From: a virus
Lineage: Duplodnaviria; Caudoviricetes
IMG/VR virus record: IMGVR_UViG_3300032309_000245
Span: 641-64,640 of that record
Direction: 5' to 3' (one strand)
DNA: 64,000 nt
Part shown: one piece after another, positions 1 to 9,055 of the stretch
How positions within the stretch are numbered: the first letter of the stretch is position 1
Layout: each line of letters begins with the position of its first letter
Made by a program: the position numbers and the translations under genes
The notes under the pieces: generated by a model
Database searches by the model: none
Seen by the model: only the letters and a program-made list of their open reading frames with translations
What the model was told of the DNA's origin: nothing

Positions 1-981
1 GTGAGTGAACGGGACAAACACCAACACCTTGTTGTCAGTCTCGTCTAGCACCTCCATCAGCGCATTGAGTCGTGGGCTGATATCAAATTCAATGACATCG
101 CCCTCGTCGGTGTACACTGCGCCGCCCGACAACTGCAACAGCTTGCTCATTTTTGCCGCCGCATTGACTGCGGTGATCTGCTCACCCGCCGCTTCGATCA
201 GCATTTGATCCTTGAGACCCTTGTAGTACCTGTTGACTTGCGGCGTCAAAGGTACGTGCCGTGTCTGGTACATCACTGACGGCAGATCAAGGCAGTCTGC
301 CTTCTTAAACCGTATCGCGGGCTGAAGTGCTGAGAAGACGTTCTTCTGAGCATCTATCTTAGGAACCCATTTGAATTGGGTGACTTGAGTCATCACCTTG
401 TCGCGCCACGCCGTGAAGTACTGCGGCACGTAATTGGGAGAAACTAACTTTGCTAATCCGTAAGCATCGAGCGGCGATTGAGAAGCTGGCGTACCTGTCA
501 GCATCCATAATCTGGTGGATGGTCGTAATACTTTCTTTAGGGTTTTCCAACGCTTGGTAGAAACGGTCTTGTACGCGTTTGCTTCATCGATGACTATGAG
601 GTCGAACCCCGAGTTGTAGATCTCGTTCCACACGATGTTCACGCCGTCGTAGTTAATCACTACAAACTCGTAGCTTCCCTTAATAATTTTCTTGCGCTTC
701 TCTGGTGTGCCGTAGGCAACCGCAACGCTTCTGTGCATAGCCGTCTTGAAGATGTCGGCTTGCCACGCGGTGATCATGATGGAGAGCGGGCAGATAATAA
801 GAACGCGATTGACCTGCTTTTTGTTCATCAGGTAATCAGCCGCCCAGATAACGGATGATGTTTTACCTGTACCTGCTTCGTTGAAGCAAAAAGCCCGACT
901 GGTTGTGGCTAAGAACTCAGCCGTTGTCTTTTGGTGTTTGAACGGGGTATACAGCCCCGGCCAATTATATTCATTTACCAT
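1..981 (-). CDS. SNF2-like (SF2) helicase, 3' part runs off the window edge
   Basis: Missing from the ORF track because it has no stop in the window. Manual translation from ATG 981 gives MVNEYNWPGLYTPFKHQ...FNEAGTGKT (Walker A)...LIVIDEAN (motif II)...WMLTGTP (motif III), open to position 1. Confidence 0.92.
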   Translation of the reverse strand, partial: MVNEYNWPGLYTPFKHQKTTAEFLATTSRAFCFNEAGTGKTSSVIWAADYLMNKKQVNRVLIICPLSIMITAWQADIFKTAMHRSVAVAYGTPEKRKKIIKGSYEFVVINYDGVNIVWNEIYNSGFDLIVIDEANAYKTVSTKRWKTLKKVLRPSTRLWMLTGTPASQSPLDAYGLAKLVSPNYVPQYFTAWRDKVMTQVTQFKWVPKIDAQKNVFSALQPAIRFKKADCLDLPSVMYQTRHVPLTPQVNRYYKGLKDQMLIEAAGEQITAVNAAAKMSKLLQLSGGAVYTDEGDVIEFDISPRLNALMEVLDETDNKVLVFVPFTH

Positions 982-1143
982 ACTGAATCTCACTGGATAA
1001 CTAAAGGTGACCCCTTACGGGGGTCAGTCGATCAGGCCAGACACGTCGAGGAGAGGTGTACAAGTAGGACGCCGCCTGATTGATGCGGTTAATTCGGGGA
1101 ACCAACAAACCCCGGCGAAGTACACTCACACCTAACTACTTCG

Positions 1144-1425
1144 CTATTTTCTTTCACGTTTACTCGTCTCCGAGACCAACGCACGTTGAGAGTTTCGTTT
1201 AAACGAACGGTTTTTGGCTGGGCTTTCCAAACGGATTCCGTCAGCATTAGAACCGCCTTTACTGAGGGCTTTAACGTGCGCAACATCTTTACCTGACCTA
1301 TCAACGCCATCATGGTCTAGCTTACGTCTAGCTCGTTGACGCTCCATCCTGTCCGGGAGTTCCCCGCGCTCTTTCTGCTGCTGGTACTCCTTTTTGTATG
1401 GCCGAGGCTTGTTCACGTAGGGCAT
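1144..1425 (-). CDS. Small basic HNH-like protein
   Basis: Likely start MPYVNKPRPYKKEY. The GKDVAHVKALSKGGSN...NRSF segment resembles a minimal HNH motif. Confidence 0.6.
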   Translation of the reverse strand: MPYVNKPRPYKKEYQQQKERGELPDRMERQRARRKLDHDGVDRSGKDVAHVKALSKGGSNADGIRLESPAKNRSFKRNSQRALVSETSKRERK

Positions 1426-1591
1426 TTTGTCTGTCTCTTTCGTCAAGGATTGCAGTGTAGATCATGCGTACCTCAACCAACGCACTTTGCGCCGCCGAGA
1501 TAGCGCCATCATAATCTTGTTCAAGCATCGCGTCATGTACATTTTGCAGAAAGAACTTTGTAGCCATGTAGGGTTCAGAATAATCAATCAT
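1328..1591 (-). CDS. Hypothetical phage protein
   Basis: Start overlaps the upstream stop (ATGA). The 3' end overlaps the HNH-like gene. Confidence 0.55.
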   Translation of the reverse strand: MIDYSEPYMATKFFLQNVHDAMLEQDYDGAISAAQSALVEVRMIYTAILDERDRQNALREQASAIQKGVPAAERARGTPGQDGASTS

Positions 1592-1836
1592 GATTTCCTC
1601 GCTAGGTTTCTAAGAATAAAATAGTGTTCGGGTTCTCTAGGCACTTCACCAACCAAAGTGTATGCCCACATAGTTCTGTTTTTGTACTTAATTTCTCGTC
1701 TGGATAATCGTTTAGCAGCGGTTAGTCTAGTAAGATAACCAGCAACAGATCTTTTGTTCAATCCTTCAATTTGAATCTCTTGAAATGCACATTCGCCCCT
1801 TCCGGCTAAAAATTTAAGTATTAGTTCTTGGCTCAA
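1588..1836 (-). CDS. Hypothetical protein, possibly winged-helix DNA-binding
   Basis: Basic 82 aa ORF coupled to both neighbours; AT-richer than its flanks. Confidence 0.55.
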   Translation of the reverse strand: MSQELILKFLAGRGECAFQEIQIEGLNKRSVAGYLTRLTAAKRLSRREIKYKNRTMWAYTLVGEVPREPEHYFILRNLARKS

Positions 1837-2207
1837 GTGTTCTTTTCCTTTAATTTAGCTTCAAGTGCAACTACCATGTCTACTACATAAGGACGGTTTG
1901 CAAAACTGATTTCTTTGACTTCCTCTGGCGTCAGCCCGACCCACTGGCGCTGTGGTGGGGTGGCGTAGAGCATGGTGCCGATTGGAATGGCATCAACATC
2001 TTCTTGTTGGTAATCGATGGCGTGTTTTTCGTCAGAAGAGATTCCTTCGCACACCCACGCCACCGGCTCTTGCTCTGGCTGCGCCAATCTATCGCGCAGT
2101 GCAGTGATAGCGGTATCAGCGGTTTTTAAAGTGTTCTTTGCAAAACAAGCGGGGCGCATAACCGTCAGCGCATCCAGCGCTTGTTGCATAAGTTCTCGGT
2201 CAGTCAT
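1833..2207 (-). CDS. Hypothetical phage protein (MTDRELMQQALDAL...EQEPVAW...WVGLT type)
   Basis: Modular motifs that I recognise as common in small early proteins of proteobacterial phages. Confidence 0.75.
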   Translation of the reverse strand: MTDRELMQQALDALTVMRPACFAKNTLKTADTAITALRDRLAQPEQEPVAWVCEGISSDEKHAIDYQQEDVDAIPIGTMLYATPPQRQWVGLTPEEVKEISFANRPYVVDMVVALEAKLKEKNT

Positions 2208-2514
2208 GATTCAACCCCCTTGCGCGGATGCCGGATGCAATATAAGTAGCGGTGTTGTTCGTGTTGTCGATCTCCCGCGCCACAAGGTCAGCCCACTCGG
2301 CGCACTCCTCCCGCTCCAACTCAACGGCTTTCTGCACCAATACCTTGATGTTGTATTCAATCGCCGCCAGAACTAGTTTTGCTGCATCGTCAGCCGGGAT
2401 ATCGGGGTTTGCCCAGATGCCGTTAGCCGATAGGCGCATCACTTCGGTTACGCCTTGGTCGCCCCAAAATTGAATTGTGTCTTTTGGCATCTCTTGTACA
2501 GAATAATTTTTCAC
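2200..2514 (-). CDS. Hypothetical phage protein (EREECA motif)
   Basis: Coupled ORF with an AVELEREECA...IRARG C-terminus of a type seen in phage small proteins. Confidence 0.7.
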   Translation of the reverse strand: MKNYSVQEMPKDTIQFWGDQGVTEVMRLSANGIWANPDIPADDAAKLVLAAIEYNIKVLVQKAVELEREECAEWADLVAREIDNTNNTATYIASGIRARGLNHD

Positions 2515-2562
2515 AATACTTTATCCTTGAACCCGCTCTGGCCTAGTCGTTTGTAGCAACTC

Positions 2563-2772
2563 TCACATTTCCAACGGAACGAATTTCCCTTGGCTGTTAT
2601 TGTTTTGTATGTGGCCGGTTTGATCCGGCACTGCTGACAATTTGGAGTGGGCTTCCCATCCTGCTGTAAATGCGTCATACATATTCCCTTCCATCGGGTG
2701 ATACCCACCCATTGGCATATTCTTGCCGTGTTTCTCATGCCACCATTTACGCCACGCTTCGCCTCTAGTCAT
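2563..2772 (-). CDS. Hypothetical protein
   Basis: AGGAGG RBS upstream of the ATG; contains a YDAFTAGWEA motif. Confidence 0.55.
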   Translation of the reverse strand: MTRGEAWRKWWHEKHGKNMPMGGYHPMEGNMYDAFTAGWEAHSKLSAVPDQTGHIQNNNSQGKFVPLEM

Positions 2773-2774
2773 GC

Positions 2775-3455
2775 TTACCTCCTGTCTTTATAGTGCTCAC
2801 AAGTGGTGACGGGACACCATCCACAGAGCGGCGTTTTGTTTGGATTCCAAACGTCCGTATCATGTGAATTTTGCAAACGCGAAAGGTCGCCGTGAAAATA
2901 AGTCCACAGGTGAGGAATATTTTCGCGCTTGTATTCTTCTTCCAAAAAACTTTCTTTGACGATGAAGAGCAGCGCCGCGTTGATGTGCTGCACTTGCGGG
3001 AAGTGAGCAAAGGTCATCAGTGCCATCAGCTTCAACTGCTTTGAGTCAGCATATTTGTTACTGCCGGTCTTGTAGTCAACGATGTGCGCTTTGTCACCGT
3101 TGATGACCAGCAGGTCAACGATGCCTCTGACCCAATAATCTTTTGAGTATTGAGCGGCGTTACCATCGCGGTCTAACGCCATTTTGTATTCGGGGTATTT
3201 GTCCCCTTCCATATCTACAAGCACATCAAGTACGGGTTTGAACTGCTGGTAGTTTTTGGCGAGGTCAGACCCGTCCTTGACGTAATTTTCTATCGCCTTA
3301 TGTACCTCGTTTCCGTAGGTCATCTCCGGCGTGGGACGTTTATGGAACCGCTTTAATACTTTTATCTCATGGTATTGCCTTGGGCAGTTTACATAATCCT
3401 TGAGCGAGGAAAACGACCACGTGTAGTTCATATCGGTTCCGTTTGTAAAGCGCAA
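2775..3455 (-). CDS. Cas4-like / RecB-family PD-(D/E)XK exonuclease
   Basis: N-terminal WSFSSLKDYVNCPR, nuclease motifs RGIVDL...IVDYKTG, and C-terminal CGWCPVTTC give the four-Cys Fe-S pattern. True start is probably MNYTWS. Confidence 0.88.
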   Translation of the reverse strand: MRFTNGTDMNYTWSFSSLKDYVNCPRQYHEIKVLKRFHKRPTPEMTYGNEVHKAIENYVKDGSDLAKNYQQFKPVLDVLVDMEGDKYPEYKMALDRDGNAAQYSKDYWVRGIVDLLVINGDKAHIVDYKTGSNKYADSKQLKLMALMTFAHFPQVQHINAALLFIVKESFLEEEYKRENIPHLWTYFHGDLSRLQNSHDTDVWNPNKTPLCGWCPVTTCEHYKDRR

Positions 3456-3464
3456 GTGGACATA

Positions 3465-5354
3465 TTAACATTCCCCGTAGCTATGCGCAACCTTTGCTTC
3501 GCAAGTAATCGGCAAATCCCGACCCCATGCGGGGGGTGTTGACATACATTCGATGATATACGCGAGCGCTTGCTCTTGCTCCGATTCCGGTACTACGCAC
3601 ACCGCCGCGTCATGGACAGTTAGCACGACACGATAGCGACGCTGAATAGCCAGCATCTGTTCGCCCACGACTATTCTTGCCAACGCTTGAACTACGTTCT
3701 CAACTACCGTACCACCCCATAGTGGAATCTCTCCCCGGCGGGACTTGTAGACATAGTGCGACTTGTTCTCGTCCGTCTTTTTTTCAAGTTCTGGGTAACG
3801 GATGTACAGCCCGTTGGGTAACCTGATACCAGTTTTATCGACCTTGACCACGCCATGCTCGCCGTAGTCGAACGGTATGCTCTCGTTGTCCCACGTGTAT
3901 AAACCGTCGAGCATCTTGTCGCCCTCTCGCCATAGCTTGACGATCTCTTTGTTCTTGTCCCGGTAGATCTTGACGATTCGTTTGGATTCCTCGTCGTCGA
4001 TCTTGACGCTGATGGGCTGCGCCGTGGCTAATGTGTGTTGCAACTTAGGCGCGCCTGTGCCGTACCCTAGCCCAAGGATGCAGGTCTTGCCAACGAACCG
4101 CTCTTCGGGGTTGGCTTTGGTGATGGGCGTGTTGTAGACCTCTGTAGCGAAGATCGAGTACACATCTTCGCCTTTGGCAAATTGATTTACTACGTCATCC
4201 TGACCAGCCAGCCACGCGAGTATCCGCGCCTCAATCTGAGAAGAGTCACAGTTGATGACCACATAATTATCTGGCGGACAGATAGCGTTCTTGAGTGTCT
4301 TCTTGGTTTTATCTCTTGACGGAAGGTTCTGGAAGTTCACCTTGTCCGTACCCGACCACCGGCCTGTATGCGCTCCGTAGTACTTCAACGGTATGGGGAT
4401 GCGCCCTCGGTTGCGCTTGGCAACGTCTAAGAATCTTTGGCATCTTGTCTCTTCAAGAGTAGACTTGGTATCGAGCCTGACTGCGCACAACATCTGAACA
4501 TCTTCACTCTCGTGCTCTAGTAGTGCAAGAAAGCCCTCGTCCTTTTTCGCCAGCGCGAGCGTAGGTTTGCCCGTCGTTGGGCTTATCTTCATCGGCGGGT
4601 CGATGCCGAACATCGTCTTGAGGATCTCTGCGAACTGTTTGTTGCTATGCAACTTCTTTGGGACTTCCTTGTAATCGATTGCTGCATCGTGTCCCCCAAG
4701 CGCCGCGTACACCTTGCCATACATGATGACTCTCTCATACGTGATCTCGGTCAACCTTTGCTCAAGCATCGCGTCGTCCACGGTCAGCACAGGCTCCGTA
4801 AACATGCGGATCGTCATGTCGATCAGATCTAGTTCTGATTGAGGGAAGTCTTTAGCCAACAGCCCCCACAACTTGTAGGTCAGGTCTACGTCGTTGACGC
4901 AGTAGCGCCCGTATTGGTCAAGTTCTTCTTTGGTGAAGTCAACCCTGCGCTTGCCCTCGGCAGCTACTACCTCGTCACCCTTAACTCCGATGCCATACTG
5001 CAGTGCTAGTGCTGCGAGTGAACCACCCGCGTCCACCCCGTGGATCGCCCGCGCCATGCACAACGTATCGCGCAACGCTTTGGGCTTGATGCCATATATC
5101 CAACTGAGGATCGCACCATCGAACAGCGTGTTGTGGCAGAGGACTGTACTATCGTCCCACGGTAGGGTGGACAAGTATTTAGCGATCTCGTCTTTGGTTC
5201 CTGTAACCCACTTGGCCTCCCCCCCGTCAAACTTGACAGCGACTCCAACTACCTCAAAGCGTTTATCACGTATGTATTCCTCTGTTGTTTGGTGCTTGAA
5301 CCCAAGTTTGATCTTGGAGTCGTAGTAGGTCTCAAAGTCTAAAGTTATAAACAT
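3465..5354 (-). CDS. polA: DNA polymerase family A with 3'-5' exonuclease
   Basis: Exo I LDFET, HNTLFD, TGRWSG..NFQNLP, motif A DSSQIEAR, motif B RFVGKTCILGLGYG, motif C TVHD. Confidence 0.96.
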   Translation of the reverse strand: MFITLDFETYYDSKIKLGFKHQTTEEYIRDKRFEVVGVAVKFDGGEAKWVTGTKDEIAKYLSTLPWDDSTVLCHNTLFDGAILSWIYGIKPKALRDTLCMARAIHGVDAGGSLAALALQYGIGVKGDEVVAAEGKRRVDFTKEELDQYGRYCVNDVDLTYKLWGLLAKDFPQSELDLIDMTIRMFTEPVLTVDDAMLEQRLTEITYERVIMYGKVYAALGGHDAAIDYKEVPKKLHSNKQFAEILKTMFGIDPPMKISPTTGKPTLALAKKDEGFLALLEHESEDVQMLCAVRLDTKSTLEETRCQRFLDVAKRNRGRIPIPLKYYGAHTGRWSGTDKVNFQNLPSRDKTKKTLKNAICPPDNYVVINCDSSQIEARILAWLAGQDDVVNQFAKGEDVYSIFATEVYNTPITKANPEERFVGKTCILGLGYGTGAPKLQHTLATAQPISVKIDDEESKRIVKIYRDKNKEIVKLWREGDKMLDGLYTWDNESIPFDYGEHGVVKVDKTGIRLPNGLYIRYPELEKKTDENKSHYVYKSRRGEIPLWGGTVVENVVQALARIVVGEQMLAIQRRYRVVLTVHDAAVCVVPESEQEQALAYIIECMSTPPAWGRDLPITCEAKVAHSYGEC

Positions 5355-5377
5355 TAGATAACGGCTAGTACAGTCAC

Positions 5378-5412
5378 AAAAAAGGGGAGTACGGTGAACC
5401 GCACCCCCCGGT
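5378..5412 (-). terminator. Possible intrinsic terminator or attenuator upstream of polA
   Basis: Imperfect GC-rich stem followed by a T-tract on the minus strand. Confidence 0.45.
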
Positions 5413-5414
5413 CG

Positions 5415-5930
5415 TTAGACTAAATCGCGTCCGTCAGTATGATTGCTGATGGCTCGCTCAAGATACCAACGGGCCTTCTCCAGATCTTGGAGTTTATTCC
5501 CTTTGTGCTCCGCGCGAGTGACGTACTTGATCACGTTACCCAAGTTATAGTCCAGCCCCTTCGCCTCAATAAAGTCGATGGTCTCGATCCCGCCGACCTT
5601 GTAGTACGGTGGATGATTAACCGCGTCGGATTGTTCCTTCGGCAAGTTCTCGCGCAAGAACGCCGGAATAAACGTAACCTCAGCCTCTGGTGGAAGAGTA
5701 TCTTCTGCGCCAGCGCCCTCTACTGCTGCTTTGATGTCAGCCTTCGGGATGAGCGAACGCGCCTTGCCGCGCAAAACGTATGCGTAGGGTTTTTTGACTT
5801 TCATCTTAGCAATGAAATCATCTACCGACATAAACGGGTCTTTCTTGAGTAACCTAACTGCTCGATCAACATTAGTGATTTTGGTAGCCACTTTATTCCC
5901 CTTCTGGAATGGGCGATTTAACGGACACAA
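5415..5930 (-). CDS. DUF3310 / SaV-like (T7 gp1.7-related) protein with N-terminal extension
   Basis: C-terminal VNHPPYY..GGIETIDFI...GNVIKYVTRAEHKGNKLQDLEKARWYL signature. True start is probably the GTG near 5891. Confidence 0.85.
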   Translation of the reverse strand: MCPLNRPFQKGNKVATKITNVDRAVRLLKKDPFMSVDDFIAKMKVKKPYAYVLRGKARSLIPKADIKAAVEGAGAEDTLPPEAEVTFIPAFLRENLPKEQSDAVNHPPYYKVGGIETIDFIEAKGLDYNLGNVIKYVTRAEHKGNKLQDLEKARWYLERAISNHTDGRDLV

Positions 5931-6093
5931 TACCTTTCCCGGTACGTGCTTCTAACATGGAATCTGCGATACGAAACGCGGTGTAGGCTCCGTCATTGCG
6001 ACCGTAGTCTTTGAATGAACCATTCATTAACATACCTAACATAGCAAACCCCGCGTATAAATCTCGCAGAGACTCCAATTCTTTATCATCCAT
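5893..6093 (-). CDS. Hypothetical phage protein (LRDxxAxxAM...ADxMLEAR type)
   Basis: Recognisable small phage protein motif; coupled to the VRR-NUC gene. Confidence 0.75.
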   Translation of the reverse strand: MDDKELESLRDLYAGFAMLGMLMNGSFKDYGRNDGAYTAFRIADSMLEARTGKGIVSVKSPIPEGE

Positions 6094-6394
6094 TACTAAA
6101 CTCCTTCAACTGTTTGATTAACTCACGAAGATACTGTAGGTCTGAAGCGTTCTCGTTAATGATAGCGGTGTAGCCCCCGCTCGTTTCGATGTCCTTCAAG
6201 TTCTTCTTCTGCAACTCGGTAGGCTTACCTCCATTCGCCTTAGCTTCTATCCCTAAAAACCGTCCGTTAACACAACATAGAAAGTCCGGTATACCTGAGT
6301 TACCGAACCCTGTACCTATGGGCATCGCGTAGTAAACTCCTTCCTCTTTTAGGATGGCTTTTATTTTCATCTTAACTTTTCCTTCTGGTGTCAC
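6086..6394 (-). CDS. VRR-NUC domain nuclease / Holliday junction resolvase
   Basis: TPEGKVK...GIPDFL...FLGIEAKA...PTELQ signature. Confidence 0.88.
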   Translation of the reverse strand: MTPEGKVKMKIKAILKEEGVYYAMPIGTGFGNSGIPDFLCCVNGRFLGIEAKANGGKPTELQKKNLKDIETSGGYTAIINENASDLQYLRELIKQLKEFSNG

Positions 6395-6752
6395 CTTTCA
6401 TATCCTCTAAATCTTCTTTCGGAAGTACAACACAAAAATACGAATCCGACGCTCGCCAACCAATGTCATGCAAATCTACGGGGCCATGATTCACGTACAG
6501 TTCGTTCTTTAGAAGTTCTCCATCTTTGACAACGTACTGTTCGCTTGCAAGAATCATAGCCATGCGCATCTTAATCAAGTCGGGAAGCGTTCTGTCCGAA
6601 TAGGTTCTCGTGAAGTTGTCACCTACATACACGATGTAAGTTCCGTTTTCACGTATGAGTGGAACTCTAATTAACGCCCAATTGGTTGAGTGAACAATTG
6701 GGCTTAGATGTGCAAATCTCACGGGCATGGGATCATCATCCACTGCTCGCAA
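6372..6752 (-). CDS. Hypothetical protein
   Basis: 126 aa ORF in operon context; the start is uncertain. Confidence 0.6.
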   Translation of the reverse strand: MRAVDDDPMPVRFAHLSPIVHSTNWALIRVPLIRENGTYIVYVGDNFTRTYSDRTLPDLIKMRMAMILASEQYVVKDGELLKNELYVNHGPVDLHDIGWRASDSYFCVVLPKEDLEDMKGDTRRKS

Positions 6753-7669
6753 TAATGCGTAATACTAGACGGGTAGTAATACGCAACGTCCAAGTCGCTA
6801 TCGTACTCGTCGCATCTTGGCATGAACGGTGTGATCATAGTGTTGTAGCCTTCTTCCTTGGCGACCTTTGCCATAGTCAAAATGGAAACCAAGTCCGGGT
6901 AAGTTTCGTAGATAGTATCTTTAGTGATGCGATGGAAGTCCTGCACGATGGAGTTCTGCCACATACCATTGCCGTCTTTGACCCGCTTGACCTTACCGAC
7001 AATACAATGCCCACGGATGTCTGCTGCGATCAGATAGAACGGGTTATCGAATATTCTCGTGACTTCTTTCTTCCTCTCAGTCAGATTAAAATCGATCTCG
7101 TTGTATTTGTCAAGTGCCTTTTGACATTTACTTCTGTCCACGTTTGAGTGGTCTCCAAGCAGTAACGCTTTCAGTAAACTATGAAGTTCTTCTCCGTCAA
7201 ACAAATCTGTTGATTTATAAGTCTTACCGAAATGCCCTTCCACCTGAACCTTCAAGCCATCTATCGCGCGCCTAAGTTTTTTATCTACGGTGTCATCGGG
7301 AATAGCGCGATTCTTTTTCAACGCACCCATCAGCGAAGATAGTTTGTGACTAGTCCACGTGGAACGGTGCATTTCATCCTTGCCGCGTTCTTTGCTTGCG
7401 TGGGGCGAGTAGTACGCGTAATGCGTTTTCCCATCCTCCTCCCACGTATACACATGGCCCTGCGCGAACCCCTGTTGATTGACAAGGTTGAAGCTGGTGC
7501 GGTCATACGTTTGGCTCACCCTCTGATACCCTTGCGTGTGATCTAGAACTTTTAATCCGTAGTGGAAGTTCAACTCACGTATGAGGGGGAGCGTCGCCGC
7601 ATCGTTGGTGATTGCGGTAATGAGCGAGTCCGTAGCGAACTCGCCGTAGATGTATTTGTGTACAGACAT
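6719..7669 (-). CDS. Hypothetical protein (316 aa)
   Basis: Long ORF with a GAGGAG RBS immediately downstream of the vWA gene. Confidence 0.8.
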   Translation of the reverse strand: MSVHKYIYGEFATDSLITAITNDAATLPLIRELNFHYGLKVLDHTQGYQRVSQTYDRTSFNLVNQQGFAQGHVYTWEEDGKTHYAYYSPHASKERGKDEMHRSTWTSHKLSSLMGALKKNRAIPDDTVDKKLRRAIDGLKVQVEGHFGKTYKSTDLFDGEELHSLLKALLLGDHSNVDRSKCQKALDKYNEIDFNLTERKKEVTRIFDNPFYLIAADIRGHCIVGKVKRVKDGNGMWQNSIVQDFHRITKDTIYETYPDLVSILTMAKVAKEEGYNTMITPFMPRCDEYDSDLDVAYYYPSSITHYCEQWMMIPCP

Positions 7670-7678
7670 TTCTACTCC

Positions 7679-8986
7679 TCAGTCGTTGTTGATCATTACT
7701 TTCTTGCCCACCGGGGGGTGGAACGATCTACTCTCCGTTACCATCCAGAGGGTTGGAGGGATAACGTCCCACGTGAACGAAGACTCAACGTAGCCGTCAG
7801 TGAAAACAATCACACAGTCTGCGTTAATTCTCTCTCTGACGATGTAGTTACTAACGCAACCAACCCGAGTGCCGCCGCCACCCACAGGCTTGAGCATATC
7901 TGCCAGTCCCATGTAGTTGCCCTCGAAGATCTGCTCGCCATGAACTTCCGTGTCCCACCACAGAACGCGAACTTTTTCCGGTTCGCACAGATCACAGATA
8001 GATGCCAGTTCTGTCGCAAACCCCGTAAGAATTTCACCAGAGATAGACCCCGACGTATCGATGGCGACCACTACCTCGCCGACAGTCTCGTTCTCGATGC
8101 TCGGCAGATACAGATCGTTGACCAACTGACGCTTGTTCAGCCGACGCCACGTGAACTCGTCCTTGCCACGGATCGATGACGACACGATATCGCGCAACGC
8201 ATCTTTCCAATCTACCTTTGGCGTAAGAAGATCACTGATAGCGCGTGGCATTTGTGCGCCCATCCGCCCAGCTAGTAATCCACCCTCACGTAGAGCTTTA
8301 TCAATCGCCTCGCCCATCTTCTTGATCTCGTCAGGCTCCATGCCCTCTACTAACTTTTCAAAGTCATGCTCGTCGAACCCACCGTCAGGAATTTCCTTCA
8401 ACTCGTTACCGTTGATTTTTATCTTTCCTGACCCTTCGTCTTGACCATCAGCAGGCTCATCCTCTGAGCCACCACCCGGAGCGGGATTCCCCTCGTCGCA
8501 TGGCTTATCTTTCTTTCCACGTGGAGGTGGGGGAGGATTCTGCTTCTTCAGATAGTCCCAGATCTGACGCATAGACCAGTCGTGGAACATCGAGTCGTAC
8601 AGCGCCCCGTCAGGCAACTCTACGATGCGCTCGTTGCCGCTACCGATTGTTCCAGTAATGTTATAGATGATGTCGTTCACAACCAGATCAGCGGCAATAT
8701 TTGCCAGCTTCCTGTTCTCCTTGAAGAAGTCGAGGTGGCGAGGGATCTGCTTGAGCGCCACGTGCAGGTTCTCGTGCAGGATCAGACCCCGACGCTTGGC
8801 AGGGTTAGTGATCTTCTCAAGGAATTGGCGGCAATACTTCTTGTTGACGCCATCGGTGTACGCCGTGAAGTTGCCATCTTCTACGGCACTCTCTCCCATC
8901 AGCATGACGCCTGAATACAGGGCAGTCTGTGGGTGCTTCATCAGCGCGATGTGCGCTTGCTTCAACAGGGTCTCTTGACTAGACAT
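7679..8986 (-). CDS. Metallopeptidase-like (HExxH) plus vWA domain protein (DUF2201-like)
   Basis: TAYTDG, LHENLH, a low-complexity linker, MIDAS IDTSGSI, GGGGT and VFTDGY. Start reassigned to MSSQET, which has a GAGGA RBS. Confidence 0.88.
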   Translation of the reverse strand: MSSQETLLKQAHIALMKHPQTALYSGVMLMGESAVEDGNFTAYTDGVNKKYCRQFLEKITNPAKRRGLILHENLHVALKQIPRHLDFFKENRKLANIAADLVVNDIIYNITGTIGSGNERIVELPDGALYDSMFHDWSMRQIWDYLKKQNPPPPPRGKKDKPCDEGNPAPGGGSEDEPADGQDEGSGKIKINGNELKEIPDGGFDEHDFEKLVEGMEPDEIKKMGEAIDKALREGGLLAGRMGAQMPRAISDLLTPKVDWKDALRDIVSSSIRGKDEFTWRRLNKRQLVNDLYLPSIENETVGEVVVAIDTSGSISGEILTGFATELASICDLCEPEKVRVLWWDTEVHGEQIFEGNYMGLADMLKPVGGGGTRVGCVSNYIVRERINADCVIVFTDGYVESSFTWDVIPPTLWMVTESRSFHPPVGKKVMINND

Positions 8987-9055
8987 ACTATCCTCTACTT
9001 GGTTAATTAACTGTCCACCCGAGGGTGGACTTACAAACACTGGGCACGAAACGCT

